A stretch of DNA of 64,000 nt, taken from the NCBI RefSeq assembly GCF_006345805.1, contig NC_042999.1, forward strand, positions 102,424,001 through 102,488,000. The letters are read 5' to 3'. Below the pieces are notes generated by a model. It worked only from the letters and a program-made list of their open reading frames with translations. It made no database searches and had not been told where the DNA came from. Origin of the DNA: Octopus sinensis (lineage: Eukaryota). Each line of letters begins with the position of its first letter. Positions within the stretch are counted from its first letter, which is position 1. The position numbers and the translations under genes were made by a program. Shown one piece after another: positions 1-11,689 of this stretch.

Positions 1-166
1 TTTGGTCGTTGTCATATATATATATATATGTTTTACCAACAACATCACAGTTACAACTGTGATGTTGTTGGTAAAACATGTTCTTTGTCATCTCCTTATC
101 CTCTTGGAGATTTTGGGTAAAATTATACTAATGTGTCCTTCAAATTTAATTAAATTCTATGTCTTT

Positions 167-230
167 GTGCAGCTGAAGATTGCTCTACATTTTAAATTGA
201 ATGGAGTCGCATGAAACGATCGTATTGCAT
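167..230 (+). ncRNA. Type I hammerhead ribozyme-like motif (minimal, Penelope/retrozyme-type)
   Basis: GTGCAG (stem I 5') - CTGAAGA core (173-179) - imperfect stem II - GAAA (213-216) - C GATC G palindromic mini stem III - GTA cleavage triplet (after 224) - TTGCAT (stem I 3'). The stem II closing pair is U-U rather than G-C. Confidence 0.6.
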
Positions 231-343
231 TACCTCTGGATATCCTTGTTGCTTATTTTGATTTTAATCACTATATTTTGAAATTATATGGATAATACCA
301 TACTAAATTCTGGTGCCTCAACTTAAGTACCATATTCATCTGA

Positions 344-545
<202 letters not shown>

Positions 546-892
546 CTGTGTATACGTACATATATATTATATATATGTATACATGTGTATCTTTCTCTCT
601 CTCCATATAAAAGTTTTTAGATATCTAAAATTATCTTAAGCAAATTATTGAAAATATTTTACTCAGATCTGATGGAAAATATAGATATTACGGAAAATCT
701 TACGTGGATGTTTTCGGCCATCAGTGGCTTTATCAAACACGCGATATAAACAAGTTTTTTGTGTTGTTCCTGTCACTCATCTGGAGAGCTAATGATGGCT
801 GAATGTACATACACTATAAATTTTGTTATATCATGCAATAGGTCTCTGTTAATCTAATTTTAAAAGGATTTCTTTAGATAATTTTAAATTTA

Positions 893-1219
893 ACTTTTAC
901 TTGTTACGATCATTGGACTGCAGCCATGCTGGGGCACCACATTGAAGGGTTTTAGTCAAAGCAAATCTATCGCAGTATTTATCTTTTCAAAACTTGGTGC
1001 ATTATTCTATCGGTCACTGTCAAGCAGTGACGGAAACACACACACACACACATAATGGGCTTCTTTCAGTTTCTGTTTACCAAATCCACTCACAAGGGCT
1101 TTGATCCACTCACCAAGGGCTATAGTGGAAAAGACTCGGCCAAGTAGTCACGAAGTAAGACTGAATCCGCAGCTATGTGGTTTGGAAGCAAGCTTCTTAC
1201 CACATTGCTATGGCTGCAC
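893..1219 (-). mobile_element. tRNA-derived CORE-type SINE (family A), degenerate
   Basis: Homologous to 2121-2524 (caaatccactcacaag, gccatgctggggcaccac, internal (CA)n). Confidence 0.8.
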
Positions 1220-1453
1220 CTACAAAAGATGTTTTTTTTTACACGTATTCAAATATACATTTTCTCTCACTTTATTTTTTTCGTTTTTTCTTTTTGCTGT
1301 GTTTGTAATTCTCATTTGACATATGCGGAAATAACGAAGAAGCGCCAACGTTTATTTAAAAACATTTGTAAATTACATATTTTCTGTTTAAATCCATTAA
1401 TTATTCCTATTTCACTACGAGAACTTTACATGTTTCTCTTCGCTTGAATTATA

Positions 1454-1660
1454 ATTCTTTCTTCTATAGGCACAAGGAAAAGTGCTAGTCACTTACATCA
1501 ATTACATCGAACCCAGTATCAATTGGTACTTATTTTATCAACCCTGAAAGGATGAAAGACAAAATCGGCATCAGTGAAATTTGAACTCAGAACGTAAAGA
1601 TAGACGAAATTGCACCTAAGCATTTTGCCCAGCGTGCTATCAATTTTGCCATCTCGCTGC
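1454..1660 (-). mobile_element. tRNA-derived SINE (family B) with 16-bp TSD
   Basis: Homologous to 5882-6115; flanked by cttcgctt(g/a)aattata at 1438-1453 and 1661-1676. Confidence 0.85.
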
Positions 1661-2120
1661 CTTCGCTTAAATTATATGTTTTAACGGTGCATTTAAAAAA
1701 TATAATTATTAATAAAGGTCCACACATTCTAGTTTTGATAGAAAATTCATACTAAAGAATTATTTTTATTTATTTGCGATTATTTACGGGGTAAGTTATA
1801 CTTTTTACAAATAGTAACACAGCTGTTCCCGCTATTAATAACAAAAGTTGATTTTCAGGATCGCGACAAATCGTTATTTACAAGAATCATACGATAATGT
1901 ATAATTATTCGCGATGGAAAAAGAAACCAGGGTAAGCATGCTGTTTACCGTCGTAAAAAAAAAAGTGAAAGAAAATTCTCCTAAAAAATAAAATGTAAGT
2001 AAATTGCGAAAGAATCCCGAAGTGACGACAGTAGCATCTCATTATTTCATTTAATCAATGTATGTGATATAACCACTAAGCCACGCGTCTCCACACGTAT
2101 ACACATGCTTATCAATATAT

Positions 2121-2524
2121 ACTCTTTTTACTTACTTGTTTGTCATTTGACTGCGGCCATGCTGAAGCACCGCCTTTAATCGAGCAAATCGACCCCAGGA
2201 CTTATTCTTTTGTAAGCCCAGTACTTATTTTATCGGTCTCTTTTTGCCGAACCGCTGAGTAACGGGGACATAAACACACCGGCATCGGTTGTCAAGCAAT
2301 GCTAGGGGGACAAACACAGACACACAAACACATACACACACACATATATATATATATACATATATACGACAGGCTTCTTTCAGTTTCCGTCTACCAAATC
2401 CACTCACAAGGCTTTGGTCGGCCCGAGGCTATAGTAGAAGACACTTACCCAAGGTGCCACGCAGTGGGACTGAACCCGGAACCATGTGGTTGGTAAACAA
2501 GCTACTTACCACACAGCCACTCCT
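2121..2524 (-). mobile_element. tRNA-derived CORE-type SINE (family A), well preserved
   Basis: On the minus strand: A box TGGCTGTGTGG, B box GGTTCAGTCCC, CORE-like ggcaccttgggtaagtgtcttc, an internal (TA)/(TG) microsatellite and a conserved 3' tail. More than 10 copies occur in the window. Confidence 0.9.
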
Positions 2525-2619
2525 CAACATTCTATATTTTTATATACATCTAAATGAACGCACACATACACAAATGTTCATATTTTACAGTGGCCCATAT
2601 GTTTACTCACTAATCTTTG

Positions 2620-2789
2620 TCTCTCTCTCTCTCTCTATCTCACCCTCTTTCTTTCTTTCTTTCTTTTTCTCTCTCTCTTTCTCCCCTCCCCCATTCTCTC
2701 TTTCCCTGTTATGCATGTGAATGTAATTGGGAGTTCTTTTACCAAGTGTTCAATATTTCGCTTAGACGGACTTTAAAATAACAATTTTC

Positions 2790-2861
<72 letters not shown>

Positions 2862-2862
2862 G
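2620..2862. repeat. (CT)n and (GA)n microsatellites
   Basis: Direct reading. Confidence 0.9.
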
Positions 2863-3009
2863 TGGGGGGTTGAATTCGAAGAAAGGTGTAAGAGGTGAGT
2901 GAAGAAAAAATTACTATTTATATCACGGCTGCACAAAGATATTTACAACATGACTTTCATCATTGACTGTGGATGAAACCAAAGCTATGACGTCACAAAA
3001 ACTCGCTGG

Positions 3010-3401
3010 CTGAGCCATTGTCTATTCAGAGATATGCCTCTACCAAATACCAAATTACTCTGAGATATTGTTTGCGTGTCGGCATAGGCACAAATATCTG
3101 CTGAAAATGCTTCAACAGCAAATAGAGTAACCATCTCTGCCCCTGAGCCATTGTCTATTCAGAGATATGCCTCTACCAAATACCAAATTACTCTGAGATA
3201 TTGTTTGCGTGTCGGCATAGACACAAATATCTGCTGAAAATGCTTCAACAGCAAATAGAGTAACCATCTCTGCCCCTGAGCCATTGTCTATTCAGAGATA
3301 TGCCTCTACCAAATTACTCTGAGATATTGTTTGCGTGTCGGCATAGACACAAATATCTGCTGAAAATGATTCAACAGCAAATTGAGTAACCATCTCTGCC
3401 C
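3010..3401. repeat. 133-bp tandem repeat x3
   Basis: Units start with ctgagccattgtc at 3010, 3143 and 3276. They are near-identical, and the third lacks 7 bp (taccaaa). Confidence 0.97.
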
Positions 3402-4081
3402 CACTTGAACCAATCACCGCAACAACATATTGTAATAATTCCTCTTTACACTGGGATTTGTAATAATCACGTGACTAGCAACGGCTTCCTTATAGAAATA
3501 ACTTCCTTTCTCATACAAGTGCTTCACATATTAAATATTTCGAAATAAACATTCTTGGTCTCAACCACATTCTGGCAGTTCTACGTTGTCGAGTTGTTTT
3601 ATCATTTGACCGACTAATGAAAATCAAACAATGCGACATTCTGTATGTACTTTATTCCGTGACACTCACACCACGATGTTGCTCTATATCATATGCAGCA
3701 AAGGATGAAAGACAAAATCGGCATCAGTGAAATTCGAACTCAGAATAGACGAAATTGCACCTAAGCATTTTGCCCAGCGTGCTATTCCCAGCGTGCCTCA
3801 CGAACACACAGACACAAAAACATGCTAACACTTACAAACTCCCAACATCAGCATGATTGTAAAATATTGAATGAGTGTCACGGAATAAAGTACATACGGT
3901 GGTTCATTACTTTTGAATACGTGAGTGTGCGTGTAAATGCTATGGAAATAATATAGTACACACAAACGCACGCACGCACACACACATACACACACACACA
4001 CACTCATATATATTTAATCGAGTGTAACCGACGGAACACCACGACAAACAAATATTAACTTTTTTTAAGCGAGCTGACAAT

Positions 4082-4577
4082 AAATAATTGGACTTATGCA
4101 TATGCAATGGTCGCTATGAAAAAAAAATTAAAAAAACAAAAACAAAAAATCTTTTCAATATCAAATAACCACCACCACTGCTAATGCTTTTCTCTCTCTC
4201 TCACTCACTCACTCACTCATTCTCTCTCTCTCTCTCAATATAACTTCCTCCCCTGTCCATTGCTCTCTATCTACCTTTCCCTTCAGCTAACTTTTTAACC
4301 GCGTAATAAGTATTCCTTCTGCACGTCGTTAATACTTTTCTCTCCCTCGTTTTCTCTCGTCGTCTTTTTCGTTCGTTCTTTGCCTCTACTTTCAGCTGAC
4401 CACGTGACCATTTAGCCTAGGTGTATTAATATTAATCACTTTTTTCTACTTCTTCCTATCTTCTTTTTTCACTCCTCCCTCTCTCTTTCTCACCCTTGCT
4501 CAATTTCTTACTCACCCCACCCTCTCCTCTCTAACTAATGTATAACGGGCGAACGAACAAGCAGATTATTATATAGA
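4082..4577 (-). mobile_element. Possible non-autonomous Helitron-like element
   Basis: The minus strand starts TCTATATAATAAT after an A. A hairpin GACCATTGCATATGCATAAGTC lies near the other end, but there is no canonical CTAG. Confidence 0.4.
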
Positions 4578-6553
4578 TTTTCATGCCATGAATCCAAATA
4601 TCACCTTGAAAAATGCTTCTTAGATATAGGTTTACAGATACATGACATGTAATGTTTGATTATTTTATTATATGTGCCGTTATGTTTTAAGCTCTAGTCC
4701 GTATCTACTCTCTGCCGTTTTGCTTGACGCTTATAGTGAGCTGAAGAATCATCTCTTGCCAATGTCCAGCAATAGTCTGCAAACTTTGTTGGGCTGTATT
4801 TGACTTCGTACCGCTTTACCATGGTTGGAATATCTTAGTGAAACTTTTCACCATGTTCGTCACTAACTGCTTCACAGTACGCTGAAAAAAAGTTTAAACG
4901 TGAGTTCAAAAGTGGATTTTAAGTGACATGTAAAATTCCATGTTCTTGTAAACCTTGGTGAGGTTTTCCACCACTTCTTCATAATTTCCTTCCCTTCTGT
5001 TTCCGAGAAATCACTTCACCACTAACTTGAATGCTTCCCAAGCAGCTTTCTCCTCTCCATGAAGGGTTGATTCAAAGCTATCATCTTTACGAAGCTCTCA
5101 AATCTGAGGACCAATGAAGACTCTCTCTTTTATCTTAGCGACGCTCATTGAGGAGAATTTTTATGTTAAATACGTGAATTCCTGACCGGATTTGTCCATA
5201 GCTTTTACAAAGTTTTTCGCTTTTATGTGTAGTGGTGGCAGCAAAATTTTGCTTTTGAGTGGTGGATGTCGATCGTTTTTAATCCTTGGCTCCAATGATT
5301 GACGAGGTGGCAGTCTTTCCTGATATAGTGGGAACCTCTTGCACAGTTGTCCCATTTACACAGAAAACAGCAGTACTTGATGTATCTGCCCTGCAAGCCC
5401 ATCACAAGAGCAAAAACCTTTAAGTCACCATCGAGCTGCCATTGATCAGCTGCTAAGAGATTCCATTGCTGAAGACAAGAGCCTAGCAGCTTGTCTTATT
5501 CTTAGGTAGGTGTAGATCCCTGACAAGGTCATTGAGTTCCCTTGTGTTATGAGATGTGGTCTAGAGCAGTGCTCTGCAACAAGTAAGCTGCAGCACAATG
5601 ATGTGACTTGAGACAATGCTAGGTGTGCCGCAGTGTAACCTGAATATAATTTTTGTCCTTATACTTTTAGTTCAGGTGTGCTGCCGAATTTTGAAAAAGA
5701 ATATAAGTGTACCGCAAATGAAAAAAGGTTGCGGAGCTCTGGTCTAGAAGAGTGTGCTTCATCAAAATTTGAGTAATTCTGTAATCCAGCACCGTCACCC
5801 ATCTCTGCTTCCTCCTCACTTCTTTCTTTATCTGACTCGAAGGATACCGAAGTTGGTGCATCAGAAACAGGTAAATCGTATAAGGCGGCAAGCTGGCAGA
5901 AACGTTAGCACACCGGGCGAAATACCTAGCGGTATTTCGTCGGCCATTACGTTCTGAGTTAAAATTCCGCCGAAGCCCACTTTGCCTTTCATCCTTTTGG
6001 GGGTCGATAAATTAAGTACCAGTTACGCACTGGAGTCGATATAATCAACTTAATCCGTTTGTTTGTCCTTGTTTGTCCCCTCTATGTTTAGCCCCTTGTG
6101 GGTAGTAAAGAAATAAGAAACAGGTATACCGTCTCCATGTTGAACTGGGCGAATAACTGATGGAATGTTTGGATATTCAATGACAACTTAACAATAGGAA
6201 AATAAAATTAATATAAAATACCTCAGATGCACATCAGTAGCTTGCCCAATGAATATGTATTATAAGTTTAAAATGTGTTTGACTAAGAAAATTACCTACC
6301 TTTCACCTCAATATATAAACTTGAACAGTACAACCACTTTCTATGACCTTTGGAACAATACTGAAGGGCTGTGGGCCTGAGTGCTGTAAGAAACGCACAG
6401 TCGTAAACCTGTTGCAACTTGTTTTGACTTGTACGTATATCTCGAAAAGTTGAGCTAACAAGCACTTTTAACCATGATATTCATTATCAGCGATCTAAAG
6501 TTGGTTGGAAATTGCTACTCAGGTCTCAGAAGCATTTTGGTTATTGACCAGTG
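4578..6553 (-). mobile_element. Decayed Chapaev3-like (CMC superfamily) DNA transposon
   Basis: Minus-strand peptide remnants CCFLCKWD, LLPPLHIK..NFVKAMDK, KIKE.VFIGPQI, MSLKIHF, SDEHGEKFH*DI..M.KRY, FADYCW; CACTG terminus at 6553; many stops and frameshifts; SINE inserted at 5882. Confidence 0.75.
5882..6115 (+). mobile_element. tRNA-derived SINE (family B) inserted in the Chapaev-like element
   Basis: aaggcggcaagctggcagaaacgttagc head with GAGTTAAAATTCC B-box-like motif; ~19-bp imperfect TSD agaaacaggta.a.cgt.t on both sides. Confidence 0.88.
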
Positions 6554-6664
6554 TAATTAAGTATAATAATATTTATAATTCGTTGTTTTCGCATCCACTA
6601 GCTACCTTACTTAACGATAAAGCACGTCTCATGCATGTGTGTAATTACACACGCACACAGTGCT

Positions 6665-6978
6665 TGTATGTATGTATGTATGTATGTATGTATGTATGTA
6701 TGTATGTATGTATGTATGTATGTATGTATGTATGTATCTATTTGTCTATTTATGCATCTGAGTATCTATCCCGTTATTTCACTCACTAGCAACATGCATG
6801 CATGCATACATACATACATACATACATACATACATACATACAAACAAACAAAAGTACCCTGTTGATAGTGAAACACCAATGAAAGAGCCTAGGATCAACG
6901 TTAGAAACCGGCTCTTTATTTGCAAGAAATCTTGAAATAAAACTGAATAATGACGTACATACATACATGCATATGTAC

Positions 6979-7025
<47 letters not shown>

Positions 7026-7075
7026 ATATATATGTATGTGTATGTGTGTGTATGTCTGTGTGTGTGTGTGTGTGT
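6665..7075. repeat. (TATG)n/(CATA)n/(TA)n/(TG)n microsatellite cluster containing a ~100-bp interspersed module (6857-6954)
   Basis: Direct reading; the module recurs inverted at 59537-59639. Confidence 0.9.
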
Positions 7076-7176
7076 AAAACGAGAGAAAGGGAGGGAGAGA
7101 GATTACGCGCTCCATCAAAATATTAAAAATAGCAGCCAGATGTCAAATTGCACGTTAGCATCCTTAACGAAGGATA

Positions 7177-8469
7177 CGAGGGGCCTTCAATAAGTAATGC
7201 CCCTGACCCACTTCCCATAGCAGTAGAGCAACGAAACGTGGCACAGTTATTAGTCCTTTTCTACATAGGAACCACCCAGAGTTACGCATTTTCCCCATCG
7301 TTTGATGCAGCTCTGGAGACCGTTTTTGTAGAAGACCCCAGCTTGGTCCTCCAATTACGACGTGACTTCAGAAATCAAGGCTGCATCATCTGGGAAACGC
7401 TTTCCTTTCAAAAACAACTTCATGGCTGGGAAGAGGTGAAAATCAGAGGGTGCAAGGTCGGGAGAGTAGGGGGGATGGGGGAGGAGTTCATAGCCGCACG
7501 CCTGTGCTTCTGATCTGGTGACACGCGAGTTGTGGATCGGAGCGTTGTCCTGCAGGAGGAGGATGCCTTTGCTGATCTTGCTCCGCCTCTTGATTTTGAT
7601 AGCTTCTCTTAATTTCCTCAAAACTGAAGCATAATAGGCTCCTATAATTGTGGTACCCTTTGCCAGGAAATCTGTCATCACTACTCCGTCCTGGTCCCAG
7701 AAGACTGTGAGCATGACCTTGCCAGCGAAGTGCTGCACCCTTGCCTTCTTTGGAGGAGGTGAGTTACGGTGCTTCCACTGCATTGACTGTGCTTTGGTCT
7801 CTGGATCATAGTGATGGACCCAGGTTTCATCCTGCGTAGTCAGTCTTTTGAAAAATTTTGACTCATCTTCTTGGCACATCTCCAAATTCACCCTCGAGCA
7901 CTCGATGCGTTCTTGCTTCTGGAAAGGTGTGAGCAACCTGGGAATCCATCTAGCAGACACCTTTTGCATATGCAAATGGTCATGAATGATAGTTTCCACA
8001 GACCCGGTACTAATCTTGACCTGATGGGCTATTTGGCGAATTGTTATGCGTCGATCTTCCAAAATTTCAGCCTCAACTTGACGGACAGATGCCTCATCAA
8101 TGGCAGAAGAGGGGCGACCAGATCTGGAAGCTGTTTCCACAGTGTTCCGACCATGTTTGAATTCACGATGCCAGCGTTTTACAAGGTCATATGATGGGGC
8201 ATCATCACCATAAGTTACTTTCATTTCATCAAAAGTCTCCTGTGGTGTGCATTCTTTCAAATACAAAAACCGGATTACTGCTCGACACTCAACAGGCTCC
8301 ATTTCACACTTGACTCAGTTCAAACACCTGTAAATCAGAAACCACAATTATTTCAGAGCTGTAATTTGTCACTTAATCTACAGTGATATAAATAATTGCA
8401 CATGCAAAATTTCAGCTAGATCAAACAATTGCAAGTGGGTCAGAGGCATTATTTATTGAACGTCCCTCG
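7177..8469 (-). mobile_element. Full-length mariner (DD34D) transposon, 1293 bp
   Basis: TIRs cgaggggccttcaataagtaatgcccctgacccactt / aagtgggtcagaggcattatttattgaacgtccctcg; TA TSD at 7175-7176 and 8470-8471. Confidence 0.97.
7250..8302 (-). pseudogene. Mariner transposase (about 350 aa) with a single premature stop at 7355-7357
   Basis: N-terminal HTH, WIPRLL, TQDETW, LQDNAP, HPPYSPDLAPSD with D-34-D spacing. The frame continues past TAA to a natural stop at 7250, and the sister copy at about 63863 has TGG at this codon. Confidence 0.95.
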
Positions 8470-8732
8470 TATATCGGAGAATGTGATTTCAGATACACTG
8501 TGACTGAAAAGCAGTAGGAATGATCCTCTGAAATGCCTTTGTGGATAAGGGATGAATCAGGGCTGAACAACAACATACATGTATGCATGGAATTTATATT
8601 TGAAACTGGCCCCTAAAGTCCCTTAACATTCAATAACAAACGCAGTAATTTCATGCAGGTTACATACTTACAAATTTATAAATAAAAGTTTCCTTATTTT
8701 TGTCAGCAGGGAGATATTCCCAGACATACTTA

Positions 8733-9445
8733 CGCAATTGCGCTTCCCGCCGATTTTGTTTTCCTCATAACTTTCAGAAAAATTGATAACTTTTAATGAA
8801 ATTTTTTACAAATATCTTTTCGATGGCATGTATAATGTTTATATCGGAATTTAATGTACAGAATAAAAAGAGAAAAAATGGTGGGCGCCTACACATACAT
8901 ACTGACACATATCAGATATCTCTAAAATGAAACTTGAAATTATAATAAAATTATATGATGTGTGTTAATATGTATGTATGCATGGCTACCAATTCTTTTT
9001 TTTTTTTTTTTACATTAAATTTCGATATAACCATAATCTACACTATCTAAAAGTTATTTGTAGAAAATTTCATTAAAAAATATCAAGTTATGAGGAAATA
9101 AAGTCAACTCGTGGGAAATATCTGAAATTTCTCGCCCCCACAGCTCCGCAACTTTTTTCATAACCAATTCCCATATAATCGGAATCTATACTATCCGAAA
9201 GTTATTTGTCGAAAATTTCCTTAAAAAATAGCAATTTAAAAAAAAAAAAAAGGTTATGTGGAAACGAAGTCAACTTGTGGGAAATATCCAGAACTTTTCT
9301 CCTCCCCACCCACCACCCCCGAAAGATTTTACTTATTAAGTTCCGATATAAACGGAATTTATATCATCCGAAAGTTATTTGTTGAAAATTTCATTAAAAA
9401 ATATTTTTTCTTAAAGTTATGAAAACAAAATCGTAGTGCGCGCGC
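8733..9445. mobile_element. MITE/foldback-like element: one ~120-bp arm facing three inverted tandem copies
   Basis: 8750-8855 is the reverse complement of units at about 9015-9130, 9165-9295 and 9335-9432. Confidence 0.6.
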
Positions 9446-10754
9446 GCGTGTGTATGTGTGAGACATTTGTGTATGTTTACCCGTTCCCACAGGCTCTAAT
9501 GCACTTGTATTTCACCCCTGGAATTAAATTTGGGGCTGCTCCACCTTTGATCTAGATAAACATATTTATTACATTCACACTAAACAGCAAATATCCGTAT
9601 ATACTTACACACACATGTGCGCGCCCGCATTAATTACATACAGCTAAGCATATATACGTATACAGACATACTTAAGTGTATACATAGTTTATGAAGTGAC
9701 CGACCAAATTATCTAAAAACAGATTGTTGTTGCACTTTGGCAAAGACGTTAGCTAGCAAATACACGAAGTCAGTAGGAAATAGAAACCTCGCTCGGTTGT
9801 CAGTGGAGTTTGGTTTAGTTCCTAGCCTACAGGATGTTCTCGCCAATGCTAACAGTTTCGCCTGACAACATTAATAATCTAGCCAGCTGATTTTGTATAA
9901 TTCACTGAGATGATGCGACTTCCGGCCGCTCTCTATTCACATGTATTAGTCGAATTCGTTTCACCGCACTGACAATCACTTTCACTTTACTCCGACACAC
10001 ACACACACATACACATGCGCCCGCGCGCACGAATCTGTCGAAACATAAAGATGTTGACGTCATAAGAATTGTGTAAACTTTCGAGAGAATGCGAAATAAT
10101 TGTTGTTTTTTTTAGTAGTAGGTATCGAAACACACAAATAAAACCTTAAATAAAGGAATGGTAAATATGTTGTTGAAAAATTATTTTGTATAGAAAAAGT
10201 CTAACGCACGGGCAATTATCATTTATAGCCTTAACCGTCTGCTTCGAGATCCACTATTCGCAAAAAGAGATATTGAAAGCTGTTTTGTCATGGATAAACT
10301 TTTAGCCGGTCATTCAACATGCTCGAAATAACAGCCAAATCTCCCTCAAAATCAAACTCCAAGAAAAAACACACTTTGGATAATGTATATGTTTAGATAC
10401 TTCTATAAAGATGATAACGGATGGAATACTTTTGATCATGACTTCGCGTTACCAACACTGCTTAGTTGGCTTCTGAATGAAGTATCTCGCTTAGAGAACT
10501 ATGCTCGTATTGAATCAAAATCTTTAAGATTAAGCGATTAATTAACCTACCTGGTCAGACAGAACGTCTGAACACAATTCTATACATAACTTATATTCGC
10601 TGTACCAGCGTATATAAATTTTATGGTTGATGTGTATTTTCGTACAATGTTACTGGCATAGTTATGGCGCCCGTTTAGTTAGTTTGTAGCCGTGGTAAGC
10701 ACATCGTAAATGCGTGATATTAATACCATTTACAATAAACTATAATGAACTCTG

Positions 10755-10876
10755 TATGTGTCTACATACATACATACATGTATACTTACAATGCAGGCGT
10801 GGAAAAATTGCGTCCGATATTTAAAAATGCATGCATGCATACACACACATGCACAAATACTTACATACATACATGT

Positions 10877-10914
<38 letters not shown>

Positions 10915-11080
10915 ACATATATATATGTGTGTGTATATGCTTATATGATTGTATGTATGTATATATTATCTATATATGTAAATACACGCACATATATACT
11001 TACATACACATATATACATACATATTTGTATGTATGTATCTATATGTATGTATATATGTTTACATATATATGTATGTATG
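10755..11080. repeat. Degenerate TA/CA/TG microsatellite tract
   Basis: Direct reading. Confidence 0.9.
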
Positions 11081-11689
11081 ATTGTCTTCTATCATTCATC
11101 TCATTGAGAATAATTTCTTTAGCTTCTTGATTCTAGATCCAGTTCTTTTAATGAATTCTAACTCCCCACGAAGTAAAAGAAATCTACCTTCTAAACAGCT
11201 GAATCCTCCGGCTAAACAATGAATACAGCAGACATTTTTTTCTGCTTTTTACATAGAAATCAAATAAAATATAACGAACAAAAATTAAAATTGAAAGGTG
11301 AAGGAAATAATTATATATAATGAATAGGAGTGAAAGATATAAGAACCATTTTCAGAGAATTTTATTCATTTTTGTTATCAATTTTCTGTAACAAATTATA
11401 ATCTTTGTGGTGTTTTCTCACATTTGTCGAGTGCATGTCAAGTGAAAGTTATGATGTTCGTTGTTGTCATGTTCTTGCAGTTGTTTTTTTTCTCTCTCGC
11501 TCCAAGTTCAGCTCTCAACGCGCTGACATATGTTCAAAGTCGCTTTAGTGAAGTCATTCTTATCATTTTAAATATCGGACACAATTTTTCCAGGTCTGCA
11601 TTATATGGCGTGCTTTACTTTTGTTTATTTTAGTCGGTAGAATGTAATTCGACGCTATTTTTAGTAACGTAGTGACCACGTAAGTTATT

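Noticed and set aside
3010-3401. Regular repeats as a possible CRISPR array
   Set aside because: Head-to-tail 133-bp units without unique spacers, in a eukaryotic context with no cas genes.
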